A stretch of 64,000 bases of DNA from Tricharina praecox (taxonomy: Eukaryota), in contig NW_026250432.1 of NCBI RefSeq assembly GCF_024521635.1, positions 186,001 through 250,000 on the forward strand, in the 5' to 3' direction. The position numbers and the translations under genes are program-made. Positions 25,393 to 39,510 of the stretch are shown piece by piece. How positions within the stretch are numbered: position 1 is the stretch's first letter; each line of letters opens with the position of its first letter. The notes beneath the pieces are model-generated. The model made no database searches, was not told where the DNA came from, and worked only from the letters and a program-made list of their open reading frames with translations.

Positions 25393-27380
25393 AGTTTCAA
25401 CACACAGTGCAAGCAAGGTATGTACTTATTTGCGGCGTAGTTGAAACTTGCCATCCTGTTGGTCGGGACGCTGGGGCGAGACGGGGGATGGAGTAGGAAG
25501 AGAGGGGAGGAAATAATTACATACTGGCATCGATATTTTCGGAGGAATGTAGGCCCCAGGGGAGGGGACATAGAGATGGCTATCGACAGGTAAATATGGG
25601 AGGAGGATCACTGGGCGCGGCATCGAGCCAAGTACATATATTCTCCACCCCCCAGCCCGCTGGGTATTTTCGGCCTCGTCTTTGTTTCGTCTTATCTTGT
25701 TGTTCCACTCGCTCCCAGCGGCTGTATGAACCCGAGAGGTGAAACCGCTAAGAAGTAGTTAAGATCTGCCTGCTTGCCACTACGGCGACCTCATCATACA
25801 TAATACAAAATATCCTCTCTTGGCGTTCATGCGGTGCGTTTACTTAGGTCCTGCTCTGGGCACCGATTTCGGGGCGGGATACCGTGCATACCGTACATAC
25901 CGGTACTTAATCGGTGATTGTGACCGGCCGAGTGAGCACACTGTGGCAGAGTGATGGAGGAGCTGTCGGCGGGAGAAAACGAATGTGGTTAGTAGTTCGC
26001 ATCAACGTTGGCGGGCATGGCGGGGTCTTCCTCTTCCTCTTCCTCCTCTTCTTCTTCTTATTCTGTCTTGTTCATCCTCTATCGAATAGACGGCCAACCC
26101 CTCATCTCCTCTCTCTCCTCTGTGTGCGCTTCCTTTCTAGTCAGGCCTGGATAGGCATTGACAAAGAGCCCTCGCAAAACCACTATTTGGCATTGATGGA
26201 TACATAGGTCCTGACAATCCTCATTGATTCTGAACTGCACTAACACCTGATGGGGTGAATTCCGTCTTTGAAGTTGCGTCACATCAACCCCGCACCCGCA
26301 CGCTACATACGATCGCCGCACTCTTGCCGCCGGCGCAACCGCCCAGCTCCAAAAATAGCATCCCCGCACCCCAGGTTACGACGTTACGTACCCGTTGAAC
26401 GTTCACCCCGCAGGCGGCACACACCATCACTCGGGGCGCTTACGTTCCGGTTTATTTCGAGACCGCACTAACCAGTGTCTGCGACGTGCGTGTAACCGTA
26501 TGTATGGTACTTTATCTATACAATTTGACTGCTTACGTATGCACATGGTACGACCACATCCTCCGCTCTGATTGAGGACCGCAAATGGATGGCGGGGGGT
26601 GCTTGGCTTGTCGGGATCCCAGATGCGGGTGCTTGTGTCTGTGCCACACGTCAAGCTGATCGTTGGATCCGTGGGCGGGCTGACGGCTGACCGATCGAGG
26701 CCTGGTGGGGCGCTCACGCCTTCGCTACTCGACGTCCCCGCCCCCCATCCGGTGAGAGTGAGAACCCCTCAGGCCGCCAGTCAATCGTGTTTGAAGGAGG
26801 TGTATGTCCGAGATATTTCGAGAACGCATGCGAAATGCGCGCGCAACGAGGAACAGATGTCAGAGTCGCACCACAGTGAAGGCTATCATTCCACATCACA
26901 CGTTGAAAACTCGAAGGACGGAGTGTCGAACTTACATATTAAACCTCGACGTTGTCCCCCCAGACCAAGCAAGCATGCAAGCAAGCGGTATTCACAAACT
27001 TCAATGGGCTTTCACACGAACCACCCCCCTCGCTGTCCTGCGCGCAATTCGCCATTCCTCAACGTTCACCTCTCCAGCTCGAGGTCCTCGCATCGCCATG
27101 GCGTGAGTGCATACTACTTACCTAATAATGTACCTATATTGACACCATGACACTAGCACACCGCACACGCTTAGAAGTACATGTCAGATCAACAATTCAC
27201 GCAGCCAGAATGGAGAGCTCACGAGTCACGAGTCGCGAATTCAGTGGAAGAAACAATTACGAGTATGTACGTACATACATACATACGCAGTCCGGTGGCC
27301 CGCAGCTGGATTTGGGCGGCAAACGTCCATTCAGCCCTTCGGTGGCTTCCACCACAACCTCCACTACATGATTCCTGAGT

Positions 27381-27416
27381 TGGATGGATGGATGGATGGA
27401 TGGATGGATGGATGGA
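27381..27416. repeat. (GGAT)n microsatellite
   Basis: Direct reading; a shorter copy lies near 28511-28531. Confidence 0.9.
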
Positions 27417-30148
27417 TATGGACCATGCATGGTCAGTCTCCACGTGGAATCCGTGCCGTTTTCGTCCCATGACGTTCGACTGCAGAACAGCTGTGCTGAC
27501 ACGACAAACGGCATCATCCACCTCACCGTGACCTACGGTACGGTACATACCTACCAGCGAGTTTTTTTTAACGTATGAATGACCATGGAAGTATATATGA
27601 TACACAGGTACACAGCAGCCAGGTCACGCCGCCCAGAAGTAGGTCATCTACACTGTACATACTACGTATCAGCAGCCGACCCAGAGTGCAGCCACTCTCG
27701 TATCGAGGTTGAGGTATTTCGACATCCGCTAGAATTATACCTACATACATGTGTCTACCAGGTCGATGCCATGTGCCCAACAGGAAGTGCTTCTGCGACG
27801 ACAATACTGCAACCGCACACATACCGCAACAAGCGCAACAGCCAATCAGCGGGCCGTTGCTATCGGTCCTCGCGCTCACTGTCATTCCACCACATCTTAT
27901 CTTACGTCACCGTACTTATTGCATTAACAACTCAGGTTTACCAGTGCAGCGGTGCAGCGGTGCTGAGGCCGCGCACGGTGGCGTTCTCAGGATCAAAGTC
28001 TCAGCGTATGTACCTACGATAGGTACCTATTCAGATCTCGCAGCCGACCCTCTGCCAGCGCACTTCAATCGCCGCATCACCCCCACATCCTCCAGGCTTC
28101 CATTCCCTTTATCTTCCCAGCCGCCCTGGAAGGCCGCGTCCACCCGCCAATATCCAGTGCCCACTGTCCACTGATACCCCGCCATGTAGCCGCGCCAAGG
28201 ATAACATCCCTACGCGCGCTTGAAGATTCTCCCGGTTTCGCTTATGACGAACCCAGCAACCCTCCGTACCGTAGGTATCATCTATCTAGAGTACGTACTA
28301 TGGATACCAGGTATGTTTTTTTATCTCCGAGCGAGCGAGCGAGCGCTTCCATCATACACATTCGTATTTTGGGGATGCAGGCTGATCCTGGCCTGCGGGC
28401 CGAGGCTGCAGAAAAATATTTCGATGTATAGTACCATCCACCACGTCCACCACGGTCCACCACCAGCATCAAGATTCAACACCACCCCGGCTCCCGCGTA
28501 CCCACACGGCTGGATGGATGGATGGATGGATGTGCCCTGCATACATACATATGTACGCATGGCGTATTTATGCAGCCGGCGGCGTTTCGAATTCTAGCAT
28601 ACCCACGGCAGAATTCGTTTCGGCTGGTATGTACTGAGTGGATGTCGGCACGGTGGATGCGGTACCTACGTAGTGATATGTAGGAGGAGGGGGAGTGAAT
28701 CGCTCACGAACGTCACGCGGCGGGGCGGGGCAGGGAAACAATCCCATCCTCCCACGGACAGGGCCCGGTAAAAATCCCCCGGCTGCACGTCATGTCACGT
28801 CAACCAGCAGGCTGGCGTTTCAGCTCCTACGAACCTCCGTGTTTCGATGCTTCGCGGTATGTTCTTCACCCTTCCCCGTATGCATATCGCGTTTCCCATC
28901 TGCACAGTGCATATCCGGTAAACGCCCGGGGTCGAGACTTGTACTCTAATACCGTACTCTCCACGCGAGCAACCCCCAACTCCCGTACCGGGGATACACC
29001 CGTACTCTACCTTGTGTAAATACCCCGTCCGCCCGCCCGCCCAGTGCCCTCACCGCCCGTCCCCGCAAGTTTGGCGTACACGCATTGCAAAGACAAGCAT
29101 TAGCCGTTGACCGCCAGTGTCCGCATTCTTGCCCGCACACCTACCCGCCTGCATGAGTGTCTACTCTATGATAGATGTCGTCGTCTGCGCCGTAGTGGCG
29201 CAGACCCGTCCCCGGGACTGGTCGGTGGCAGGTCGGTGGCAGATGGTAGGCGCATGGTGTAGGGTACATACTCTACTCTACTCTACATAGAGTACGCCGC
29301 ACGCACGCGTACTCTATGTGGAGTACGTTGGGATCTTGTACTTGTTCGAGAGCGGGAGAAAAGCCAAGGACTTGCGCTGTCAAGTCTGCGCAGAGTCTGG
29401 GCGGGTCGATGGTACTGGGCGGGTCGATGGTACATGAGGTACGTTGGGGAGTAGAGTACATACATGCGCCCACAGCGGTTGGGTTGGCCGTGCCGTGCCG
29501 CGTCTGCCACGCACGCCCATTGTCCATTGCTCGCCGCAAATCATGTCCGCCGCAAATCATGTCCTCAGAGGGGCTCGAGGCACTCTATGTACCGAGTAGA
29601 TGGCGTCATGTGTGCCGTTGTGGCTTTCTGTGTGCCGTCATGGCGTTCTGTATGCCACATGTGCCATGTCTTTGTGCACATGTCCTCGTGCACAAGTCCT
29701 CGTGCGGATAGTCGGTTTTGCATCATAGATCATGGCGGCAAAGGATTCAAGAGTGTGAACCGCATTAATTCAAAGACTCCGTGTGAAAACAACCTCTCAG
29801 AAGAAAGAAAAAAACAACAAATGCCGCCAATCGCAAACCCCGCACCCAACCAGACCCGACCCCGTGACCGAAAAAAACGAATGATTGTGCGCCCAGAGCG
29901 CCATGACAGAAGATATGCTGCAAGGAAGAGAGAAAAAGAGAAGAAAAAAAAGGTAACTATACAAGTATTTACAATGAAGGTACAGGAATCCACGCATTTC
30001 TAGCCTCCCCGACTTCACTCTCCCGCATTCACCTAGCCCGCGTGTGTCGTAGTGTCACAAGGAAATTAAGAGGTATATGTTCGGAAATAGGTAAATGGCG
30101 GTGGTAGCCAGGAGGTGGTGGTGGTTGGTCTATCGGCCGGGAAAAAAC

Positions 30149-31021
30149 TTAAAAGAACCCTGTCGAGCAAAGTCCACGTTAGTATTCGGTTCCAGCGAGT
30201 GGTAAAAGCGAGGGGAAAACTTACAGTACTCGGTAGCGTACGGGATCTCGAACTTTGCGGGCATGCCCTCGCACGTCCTGGGAGCCATTCCTCCTGCAGT
30301 GTTGACTCTGTAGACGTCGGAGAACCCGCGGGTACCCTCGATGGCCGAGAGCCTGAGCCAATCGACGGCGCCGTGGTCGCCCTGCGGCGCAGCAGACGGG
30401 GCGGGCACTCCCTCCGTCTTCTTTCCGACGAAGATGTCGCTGCTGCCGCTCTTGGTGAACTCGAAGACGGGCGTGGTGGCGTCGGTGAAGTAGTGCAGCC
30501 CGACTTCGACCTTCTTGTCGCCCATGATGCTGCACAATCCCAGCAGCGCGCGGATCTTCTTCTCCTCCATGGCCAGGAGCATCGCCGGCATCGAGTGGAG
30601 TACTGCGGGGAAGTTCTGCGCCAGGCATGAGGCGTCGTACAGCAGGGCGTACGCTCCGTACGCCGCTGGTGCCACGGACGCGGTGCTCGTGGAACAGGTG
30701 TAGTTCTGCGTTCCTTTGCCGAGGACGACTCGCTTGGGTGTGCGAGGTGAGGGAGACGAGAGCTCTGCATCTGCTATGAGGTTAGCTTCCGATTGACTCG
30801 TGCTGGGGGCCCGCCACGAGGGAAGGATCGGGGGAATGCATACATCCGTCCTGCTGGATCGTCGGCATGACCGCTCTGTCCAGACTGCAACCGGTCACTC
30901 TCGCAACCCTGGAATCCTCGTAATCGTCATCGTTGTCGTCTCGTCGGGACCCTGGGAGGGCGCTGGCGACCGCCGCGAAGCCGGCAAGCACAATGGCGAG
31001 GCACTTGATGGAGAACTGCAT
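30149..31021 (-). CDS. Secreted DUF3455-family protein; exons 31021-30844, 30770-30225, 30159-30149
   Basis: Signal peptide MQFSIKCLAIVLAGFAAVASA; motifs LGKGTQNYTC, GLHYF..TTPVF, AVDWLRL, VYRVNTAGG.AP..C and YATEY|WFF*. Confidence 0.88.
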
Positions 31022-34000
31022 CTTTGTCGTGGTGCGGCTGGGAAGGCGAGCGGAGATTGAGTTGGAGGGGGAGGAGGAGGATGGAAGATGGAAGGCGTCT
31101 GGATGGAGGAAGGAAGCAGGCGGAGGAAGGAAGGAAGCAGGCGGAGGAAGGAAGGAAGACCTTTAAAGAAGTAGACTGGAACCTGACCGGTTGGTTGGGA
31201 TAGTGGGTCTGGATTGGTAGAGGAGAGACACGTTATTTATCTACCGTCAATGTGTCCAGGTGAAGGTAGGCATGCCAGTATGCGGGCGCCTGGATTTGTG
31301 TGTTGCATGCTTTCCGAGTTTCTTCGGCCAGGGACATGGATGGGCCACGACGACATGGACAGGGATGGGCAAAGGCTGCACCCTCCAACGATCCCTCCCC
31401 CCCTCCAATGATCCCTCCCTCGTCCCCCCTCCCTCCTCCAACATCTGGCTCTTGCGGCTTGCCCCGCCGACCCTCTTCTCCCTGCCGAAAATCAATTCCA
31501 GCCACTTCCTATGGTCTGTCTGTCCCGCGCGCACGCCCGTTCCTCCCTCTGTTCGGCTTGGTCCAGGCCGCTAATTCCACTCTAGATAGTCTTCCTGCCG
31601 GTGGATCCCTCGTTGTTCTCCGCTGGACGGGTGACACCCTCAAGACTCAAGACAGCCACGGCGCCCTGCGAGCGATCACGGCCAGTCAGTTGGTTCACTG
31701 TGGCTGAATCCCCTCCCAATTGCTGCCCCTTACGGTTCCCGCCCGCAGAACTTCTCGGCGCCCTCCATCAGATACAACCTCGGGGACCCCCCAACACTCA
31801 CGATCCGCATCGGGTGGGCAAGCCACCAGGCTCTGCATTCAATGCAGTCCTTCTCTCGCAGAGAAATTAACGGCCCATCACACTTTTTCATGTCGTGCAG
31901 CAGACAGGCAGCCTTGAGGAGAAACCCGGCAGCCAAAGAAGCAATGATGCATGTGTGGTTCGAAATGCAGCAGCAGCAGCACACCTGCCAGCCACGGGCA
32001 CGGCGGTTGCACGCCCACGCTAGAGATCCACACTAAACGGATCTCGGCCAAGCTTTTCTCTGGCAATCTCGCCTGCGGGAGCCAGGAAGGAGCATGGGCT
32101 GGCGACTCACGCTAGGCCTCTCGCCGACAGCCCGGCTAGCTCCTTCGCCGATAGCCTATTTTCCCCAGGCCACAAAAATAACTGGTTCGCGGCTCGCTTT
32201 GCGCTAAGAATAACCCCGTCCACTGTGCAGTCACCAGTGTGTCTCCGATATCTCTGGGCCCTCCAAACAATCATTATCGCTGTGGTGGGATTTCTGTTTT
32301 TTTGTGCCTGCTACGGTATTAGTCCCTACGCAGTGGACCGTGTGGAATTGATTATCAGCCACCAAGGCCCACGGCTACATGCTCACGAACCATGGCTGAG
32401 AAGTGAAAGTGAGGGGGCCTTGCACAATGTTGGTTTTAATCAACTGAGCGACTCGCCCATATATCGTGCGGGATTCGGCAGAGATTGAAGGGCGGCCGGA
32501 TGCAAGAGTAGAAATGCACTGCGGTCCCCGTCTCGGTCGCGAAGGTACTATAATCATTTGCGTCCCCCCCCCCCCGGTCCGACGCGTGTATGTACTGGTA
32601 CTCTACTGTAGAGTGGAGTATTTACGTGAGCGTTTGACCACGATAGACAGCAGACAGCGCTGAGTCTGTGCCGCGAAATAGGTAAACCGCCTGCACTTGT
32701 GCTCACGATCGTTGCTTGGTATGCTTGGATTTGCATTTGTTTACCGGGCGGCTTCCATCTGACCTCTAGTATGTACAAATAAAGGTCTGTAAAATTTATA
32801 AAGCGAGCACTAATAGCACTGAGCAGTGAGCACTGAGCAGTCCAACCCTAACATCCCAAATCGTCATCGTCAGATCGTCTGGAAGAGATCTACATTTAGT
32901 TACCTCGTGAACTAGAGTGCAAAAACTATTTGGCACGGTTTCGTTGTCAGACAGTCAGACTCCCGAGTCCGAGTCCGAGTCCAGACGTCTTCAAGCGGGG
33001 CTGCTGGGGGTGGGGGGGCCTTGATTTCTCATGCAGCCCTGTGGCTCGTGGCTCGTGCCCCAGTCACGGGTGTAGCCAGCCATCCAGCCACTGCGACTCC
33101 GCCACGCCGCTCGACCTCACCTCACCTCACCGAATCCGGCTGCGTATGTACGGTACATATTACTGTACATATGAAGCGAATTGTCAAATTGTCACCGACC
33201 CACCACATCCTTCCATTCAAGTGCGTTGGACGACCGATCTTCCACCCACCCACCGCCTCGTCTCCACGTCGCGGGATTGGGAACAATGGGATCCCGTCAG
33301 CAGCCACAGACGAAATGATCACAGACGAAATGAACTGAACTGAACCGGAGGCGAAGGGCCCAATAATCACCGCGTCTACGCCACATGCCTGCAGTGCTCT
33401 GCAGGCTACACCCCGACTCCAGCCCCAGTACTTAATGACCGTTGACCGCATTTAGGACGCCACAGGACCGCAGGCCACACCCCGTTTCCAGTCCCAGTCC
33501 AGACAATGTCCGTATCTGCATAGGACGCCACAGGTGTGCAGTCCAATGTCCACCCCCCACCTGCAGTCCCGCCTGCAATCCCGCTTCCAGCCTCAATGAT
33601 GGCCGCATCTAGAGTAGAACGCCACAGGTCCGCATCCCACCCTCTCCGCGCCTCCGGTCCATCGGTGCGTCGAGTGCGTCAAGTGCGTCGAGTGCGGCAC
33701 GTATGGACGAATAACTGCAGCGAACCTCGAATCTCGAGAAAGAATAAAGAATAAAGCCTCATGCTCCAGCCTCCGGGTGACCGACCACGCATGTTGTGCG
33801 CGCGTACGGCGAGGATCGAAAGAGAGGCCTGGTTGGCGCTGTGATTTTGCAAGTATGTAACCATCGTCATCGGTGATCAAGGAAGACCCTGACTCTATTC
33901 TTTATTCTTTATTCTGGCTGGGCAGATCGATAATCGATTGGACGGGCGAAGACGATCGTCGGTGTTCAGGGAATATAGACGCGCACTACCTGCTAGTTCT

Positions 34001-34648
34001 CTACAGTGCAGCGCAGTCCGAGGAACTACCGGTAGTCAACTTTTCGGTCGATGTCCGTCGGGAGTCGGGAGTCGGGATACGCCTATAATTGGCCGGGTTT
34101 CTCCCACGCCCGGTAGCACCTGGTAGCACCTGGTAGGCCAAGTTGGCCAAGAGCGCGGATTGTGCACTTCTCTGTGCGGTCGGCGCGAATTTGGGGTTTT
34201 CTATGTATGGAGGCTTCGAAGTTCGCACCCGCCTTTAGGCCCGGCTCACTCTCGAAGATAAGTCGTCTGGTCCACGGCTCGGTGGCGGTAAAGCGTCTTT
34301 GGTGCGGAGTAGATACCGGTAGCAAAAAACCTACGCCAACCACGATACGACATGCTCACTTTTTGAGGCTTCCTTTCAGAGTACTCTACCGTACTCGTAC
34401 TTGCTTTTTCGGAATCACCGATGGACGCATAGTAAGATTTACTCTAGTACTCGTACTCTACATACGATAAGGGTGTAGGCAAGTTGTCTCAGTGACTCAG
34501 TCCCTCCGAGCGAGCAAGTCCGCGATACGATCGGTCACTTTCTTCCCCTCCCCTCTCCTTTTCGCTGAATACATACTGGTGTGCAGTTGGTATGTAGGCA
34601 GGTAGAGTATGAATAATACAACAGCGAACTGTCGGGTGGAGATTGTGC

Positions 34649-34678
34649 TAACAAACAAACAAACAAACAAACAAACAA
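34649..34678. repeat. (AAAC)n microsatellite
   Basis: Direct reading. Confidence 0.9.
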
Positions 34679-37600
34679 AACTGCGGAGGATGTTCCGTTG
34701 TGGCGGGGGAGGAGGGGGAGATTGGGATTATTGTGACGGCAGGACGAGATCATGACTACATAAACAATCCCCACGTCAAGAGGCACAGTCTGCAGCTGGC
34801 TACTGGGCAGATAGGTATAACAGCCACACACCACGGGGCCGATCAGTCAAGCCACAGCTGACACTGCACCAACACTACACCGACACAGCACCGACACAGC
34901 ACCGACACAGGCACACTCTGATTCGATATGCGAGCTTTGGCTTCACCTGGCACCTGGGTGGGAACCGCCGAATTACTCCATGAGTATGCAGCATTGCAGC
35001 CTCAGCGGTCATAAGGTCTTGCCTCGGGGCAGCCTATCCCAAAAGGCAGGCGTACCCCGGAAGCCTCCACACACGCATGCATAAACCCTAAGGAAGACCG
35101 TCCAATGCAATGCATAACTGTCGCCTATCGCCAACAGCGGGGGCGCCCAGCCCCCTCTCCCCGGTACAGCCCCTGTACGGCTGCCTGTACGGCTGCCTCC
35201 GTTGTCGATCTCCTGTGTCTGGTACACAACTGCTTACTTCTCTACCAACCCATTGGCTCTCACGATTCACGAGGGCTGTTCAGTGTTCAGCTTTCAGTCA
35301 CCATTGTTCGGCCGACGGTGCTTAGCATAACTACCGTCCATTTATGCATGTTCTAACATAGAGTAGAAAAGCAATCCGAAACAAAACCCAACACCCAACT
35401 CCGCGAACGCAGGACGCCGAAAAACAAAAACCCCCGAAAGCATAGTAAACCCGAAGCAAGCCCAAAAAGAAAGAAAAGAAAACAAAACGAAAACCCGAAG
35501 CATGCCCAAATGAAAGAACGAAAGAAAGAAAGGAAAAAAAAAACAGAACTCCCCCACTTTGTTGTCATGTCATGATTCATCCCTTAACCTCCCCTCCTCT
35601 CCCCTCCCCTGTGGGCCCTTCTAAGTCCCCCGTGCAACAAGCGCCGACGCCGCCGATCCCAACCCAACCTCGGATGTCCCCGTCCAATGCTCCAATGCTC
35701 CAATGCGCAGTCCCGAAAAACCTTAACGTGGAGCGTTATACGTTGACATCCCCATCCCCATCCCCATCCCCATCCCCAATAAACCCCATCCTCAATCCAC
35801 CCCACCCCATCCAATCCATTCCATCCATCCCATCCAGCCTAGGTAGGGAGGTGGACTCCCTAGCCCGACCCGACTCGCACCGCACCGCACCGGCCCCCTA
35901 CTAGGCAATCTGCCGATCCCGAACATCCATCGCAGCATTCCCGTGTTGTAGTGTGGTCTAGTCCGGCTGACGGCCGCCGTCGTAATGTGCTGATTGTAAT
36001 TGGCACGGCCCGCCCTCGTGATTTCGATTGTGTTGTGTTTTGGTATCACTCCCCGCCCGTCCGCCCGTCCTTCCATGAAGTAGTACAACTCCCCCAACTC
36101 CTCCAATTCCTTTCTACACTTCGAACCCCATCCGCGTCATGCTCGCGGATGAGTGGCGCCGTCGGCTACGTCGCAGCCGCACGAGCTGTATGCGCACGCC
36201 CATGAGGAGTGTGTGCAGCGGCATTATGTAGAGTAGATATGTGTGCGTGTTGTGTGTGTTGTGTGTGTGAGAGGCGCGGCGGGTATTGGCGTCTCGGTGC
36301 GGTGGATGGATGGTATGTACGGATATATGCGATGCGATGCGATGAGTGATGCGGTGCGATATAATGCGATGCTTTCTGGGGGGGTTGATGCGGGCTGCTG
36401 TCTGAGATATTGTTGAGGAGTTAAGATTTGGATTGCGGCAGATGTTGGGTTCTGCGCATGATTTATGTAGGATCCGTTTTTTCGCCAGCAATATTGGGGG
36501 AGGACAAACAAACAAGCGATGCGTTTCACTGTTGCAGGGCTGAGTCCGGTTGCGATTATTCCGTCGTGGCGGTGCATTGCAGGCTTGCAGGCTTCCTTTC
36601 ACGTTTCCCGAATCCCCATGTAAGTACTCTGTGTAAGAAAATTGTATGTAAAGTACGTGATGTACGTGATGTACGTAAGCTGAGTGGTCGGCGAGATAGG
36701 GCTCGCGAGAGGGAGGGGAAGGGCGAGGGCGAGACCGCGGTGCAGCAGGATTACTAGTGGTAGGCAGCGACGGGCTGCGTTCTTGGTCATTGCGGCTGAC
36801 GGTCGTGGCGGCGCTGCGCTGCGCGGTGCGGTGCGGTATCTTACTATCATTGTCACTGTTAGAAGGGTTGTCTCTACTCTAAAGTCTAGATACCGTACTC
36901 TATTTGCAGCACGCGAAGGTCGAATTTCGCGATCAAGGCAACTACAGGCTATAGTACATACGGGCTACACATACGGGCTATAGGCTGACTGCAGCCTACA
37001 GCCCCACCTGAGGCTGACTCGGCTGCGAGCTATCACAGTACTCGTAGATACAGTACAGTAGAGTGTCACCAGTGCTAACAACCGTAGTCATACTCTATCG
37101 TAAGGCTGAGCGTGCCATGCCAGCCACAGCCTCGAGCGGAGAATCGAGATTCCGTGCTGCACATTCCAACGATTCCATTGGGCTACGAGTCAGCGTCGCG
37201 TCTGTGTGGCTGGAGGTATCGTATAGTACCAGGTGACATACCCACCTACGTGGCCGACCATGGAATCCGTATGTATGAAGTAACTACCGGGCAAAAAAAA
37301 GTCGCGCGAGCATTCCCCCCGCAGCCTTGGCCTTGCGTGGTACGTATCGTGGCACGCCGTGTGTTCGTGCGCTGCCCCTGCATCTGGATGGCGATTGAAA
37401 AATTGCATATGTAGAGTATTGTACATACCACCACTCCACCGTTTGTGTGTCAATTGTCGACCGCGAGGCTCCAGCGGGCGGTGGAATTACAGCCGGCGGG
37501 ACGATCAGGTGCTTCATCTCGTTTGCTATTGTCTTCGTCATTCGCTGGAGTACTAGTAAGCCTTTGGAAATTGGTAGAGTTTGCTGGAGCCTGGAGCCTG

Positions 37601-39394
37601 GAGAATCGAGGTGTGCATAAATAGGTGTAGGTGCCCAACTGAGTACCTTATGTACCTAATGTACCTAAATACTTCCCTACCCTTGGGTGTAAATTTCGCT
37701 TTGTGGACAGCCGCGCTCTATGTGTAGGTAAGAAGTTACGCAGACCGCAGCGCGCAGATAGCAGTAGCCTACTAAGTATATTTATACAGGTAGTTGTGTA
37801 GGTAGTACGTATCTTTATGGCAGTATCAGTCATGATGACCAGTTCAGATCAGTTCAGCTCCGTGAGGCTTGAGCAGCAGCTTTTCTGCCGGCCATCGCGG
37901 ACACTGCGGACTTAGGAGTGCGAACCCCCATCTTGACGGAAGTGGCAGCAGGCAGCAGGCAGCAGGCGCAGACGGAGGCGCTGACTCATTGCTCGCACGC
38001 ACGATTGGAGTCTCTGTGAGCCAGAAAAACTCTGACAGGGCAGGAGGGATACGAAATAAACGCTGGAAACCTAACCCAACAACTCGCACTGCAGGCTGCA
38101 GCAGCACTGCGCTGTATAGTAGAGTAAGTGATCCCCCCCTTGCCCGCAGCGTCTGTCTGCTTGTATGTTAACAGCGGCTAGTCGTTTCTGCGCACGTCGT
38201 CGCGCTAGAGTAGAGTATCCAACAGCATCGAAACGCATCGTAGGCGCCACGGAGAGTGCTAGTTATACGCTTCCGCCAACGCAGTACGCGGGTTTCCTGC
38301 CGCGTCGGCGCATACGACGGAGGTCACGTGTGTTCGGAAGCGGCGCTTGGACAGCGCTACGTAAGATACTCTAGGTACTTGGTACGTATCGGACCCCGTC
38401 CACACGATGAACGAGGCGGCTTTGCGTCTGCCACTCCCGGTCGATGACATTGTATCTCGTATCTTTTGTTTTTGTTTGATCATCATAGCATTCGACCTTA
38501 TCAGATCATGGTTGTACTATACACGCGTCCGGTTCCACCCCATGGCTGACGTCTCCGACCGCTGGCCGTGAGCTCGATGTGGGTTCCCTATTGCTCTCCG
38601 CCCGGCCCATCCGCACATAGAAAGAAAGATAGAAAGAAAGACGAACAATGAGATGACAAAATGGAAAGGAAAAGCGTCAGTCTTTCTCAAAACCCCACAT
38701 CAATGCACCCTTCCCCAATCAATTCCTGCATCTAGTCTAACGCCACATCTCTTCCAGCGTGTGCCGGAATCTCCGGCCGTCTAGCCCGTACTCTTTCCTC
38801 CACTCTGGCTCTCACCGCGTCCCAGTCTATCTATTACTCTGCCCGAGGCCCGGGTTGGGGTTGGGGTGTCTGGAGCCGGCAGTGCGAGGTTTTGGGGGTG
38901 GGGAGGAAAATATGTTCCCCTGCCTGTCGCCTTTCTTCTACTGCCATTGCTCCCTCCGCTGCCGCCGCTCTCGTTGTATCTCGTATCCCCCAAACCACAA
39001 CCCACAACAACTAGGTACCTACCATATCTAGTGAGAGACATGTGATAGCAAACATCGCGAACTCTACACCATGAACAGACAGGATCTCACTCGTCGTCGC
39101 CGTAGCCGTCCCTGGATACGATACACTAACTACGTAGGTTTGGAATGGCCATGACATTTTGTTCGGCGCATTGGGAAGTGGGTTTCCACAAAGAGACAAA
39201 AGATAATAAAATTGCTCCAGCACTGGCAAGAAACGGAAAGAAACGAAGAAGAGAACCCTTCTGAAATCCACCGGCCTAACCCGCCCAACAGAAACGCCCC
39301 AAAAATCACACTTCTCGAAGAAACGACAAACCGAAAGAAAAACAAAACTGTGAATGGATTGACGAGGAACACAGCCATCAACCCAGAAATGAAG

Positions 39395-39479
39395 TAGATC
39401 TACCCGGCCCCCGGAGAAGAAGAAACTTTTCCCAAGTCGCTTCTCATCCTTCCACCCTGCGAGCGACTGTACGAGCTAC
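39395..39479 (-). pseudogene. Isolated NACHT-domain fragment (paralog of the adjacent NACHT)
   Basis: Reads VARTVARR/(+1 nt)WKDEKRLGKSFFFSGGRVDL, compared with IARTVARMWADEKRLGASFCFVRGWGDM at about 40120-40200. Confidence 0.7.
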
Positions 39480-39510
39480 CTAGTATATGTGCGCGTTCCC
39501 GATTAGGATA

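Noticed and set aside
25395..25407. TTTCAACA as the 3' LTR end of the copia element
   Set aside because: The upstream sequence does not match the 5' LTR, and the flank is not the AACCA target duplication.
34460..34500. acatacga..agggtgt resembling the 5' end of fungal 5S rRNA
   Set aside because: The similarity ends after ~17 nt and no internal A/C boxes are present.
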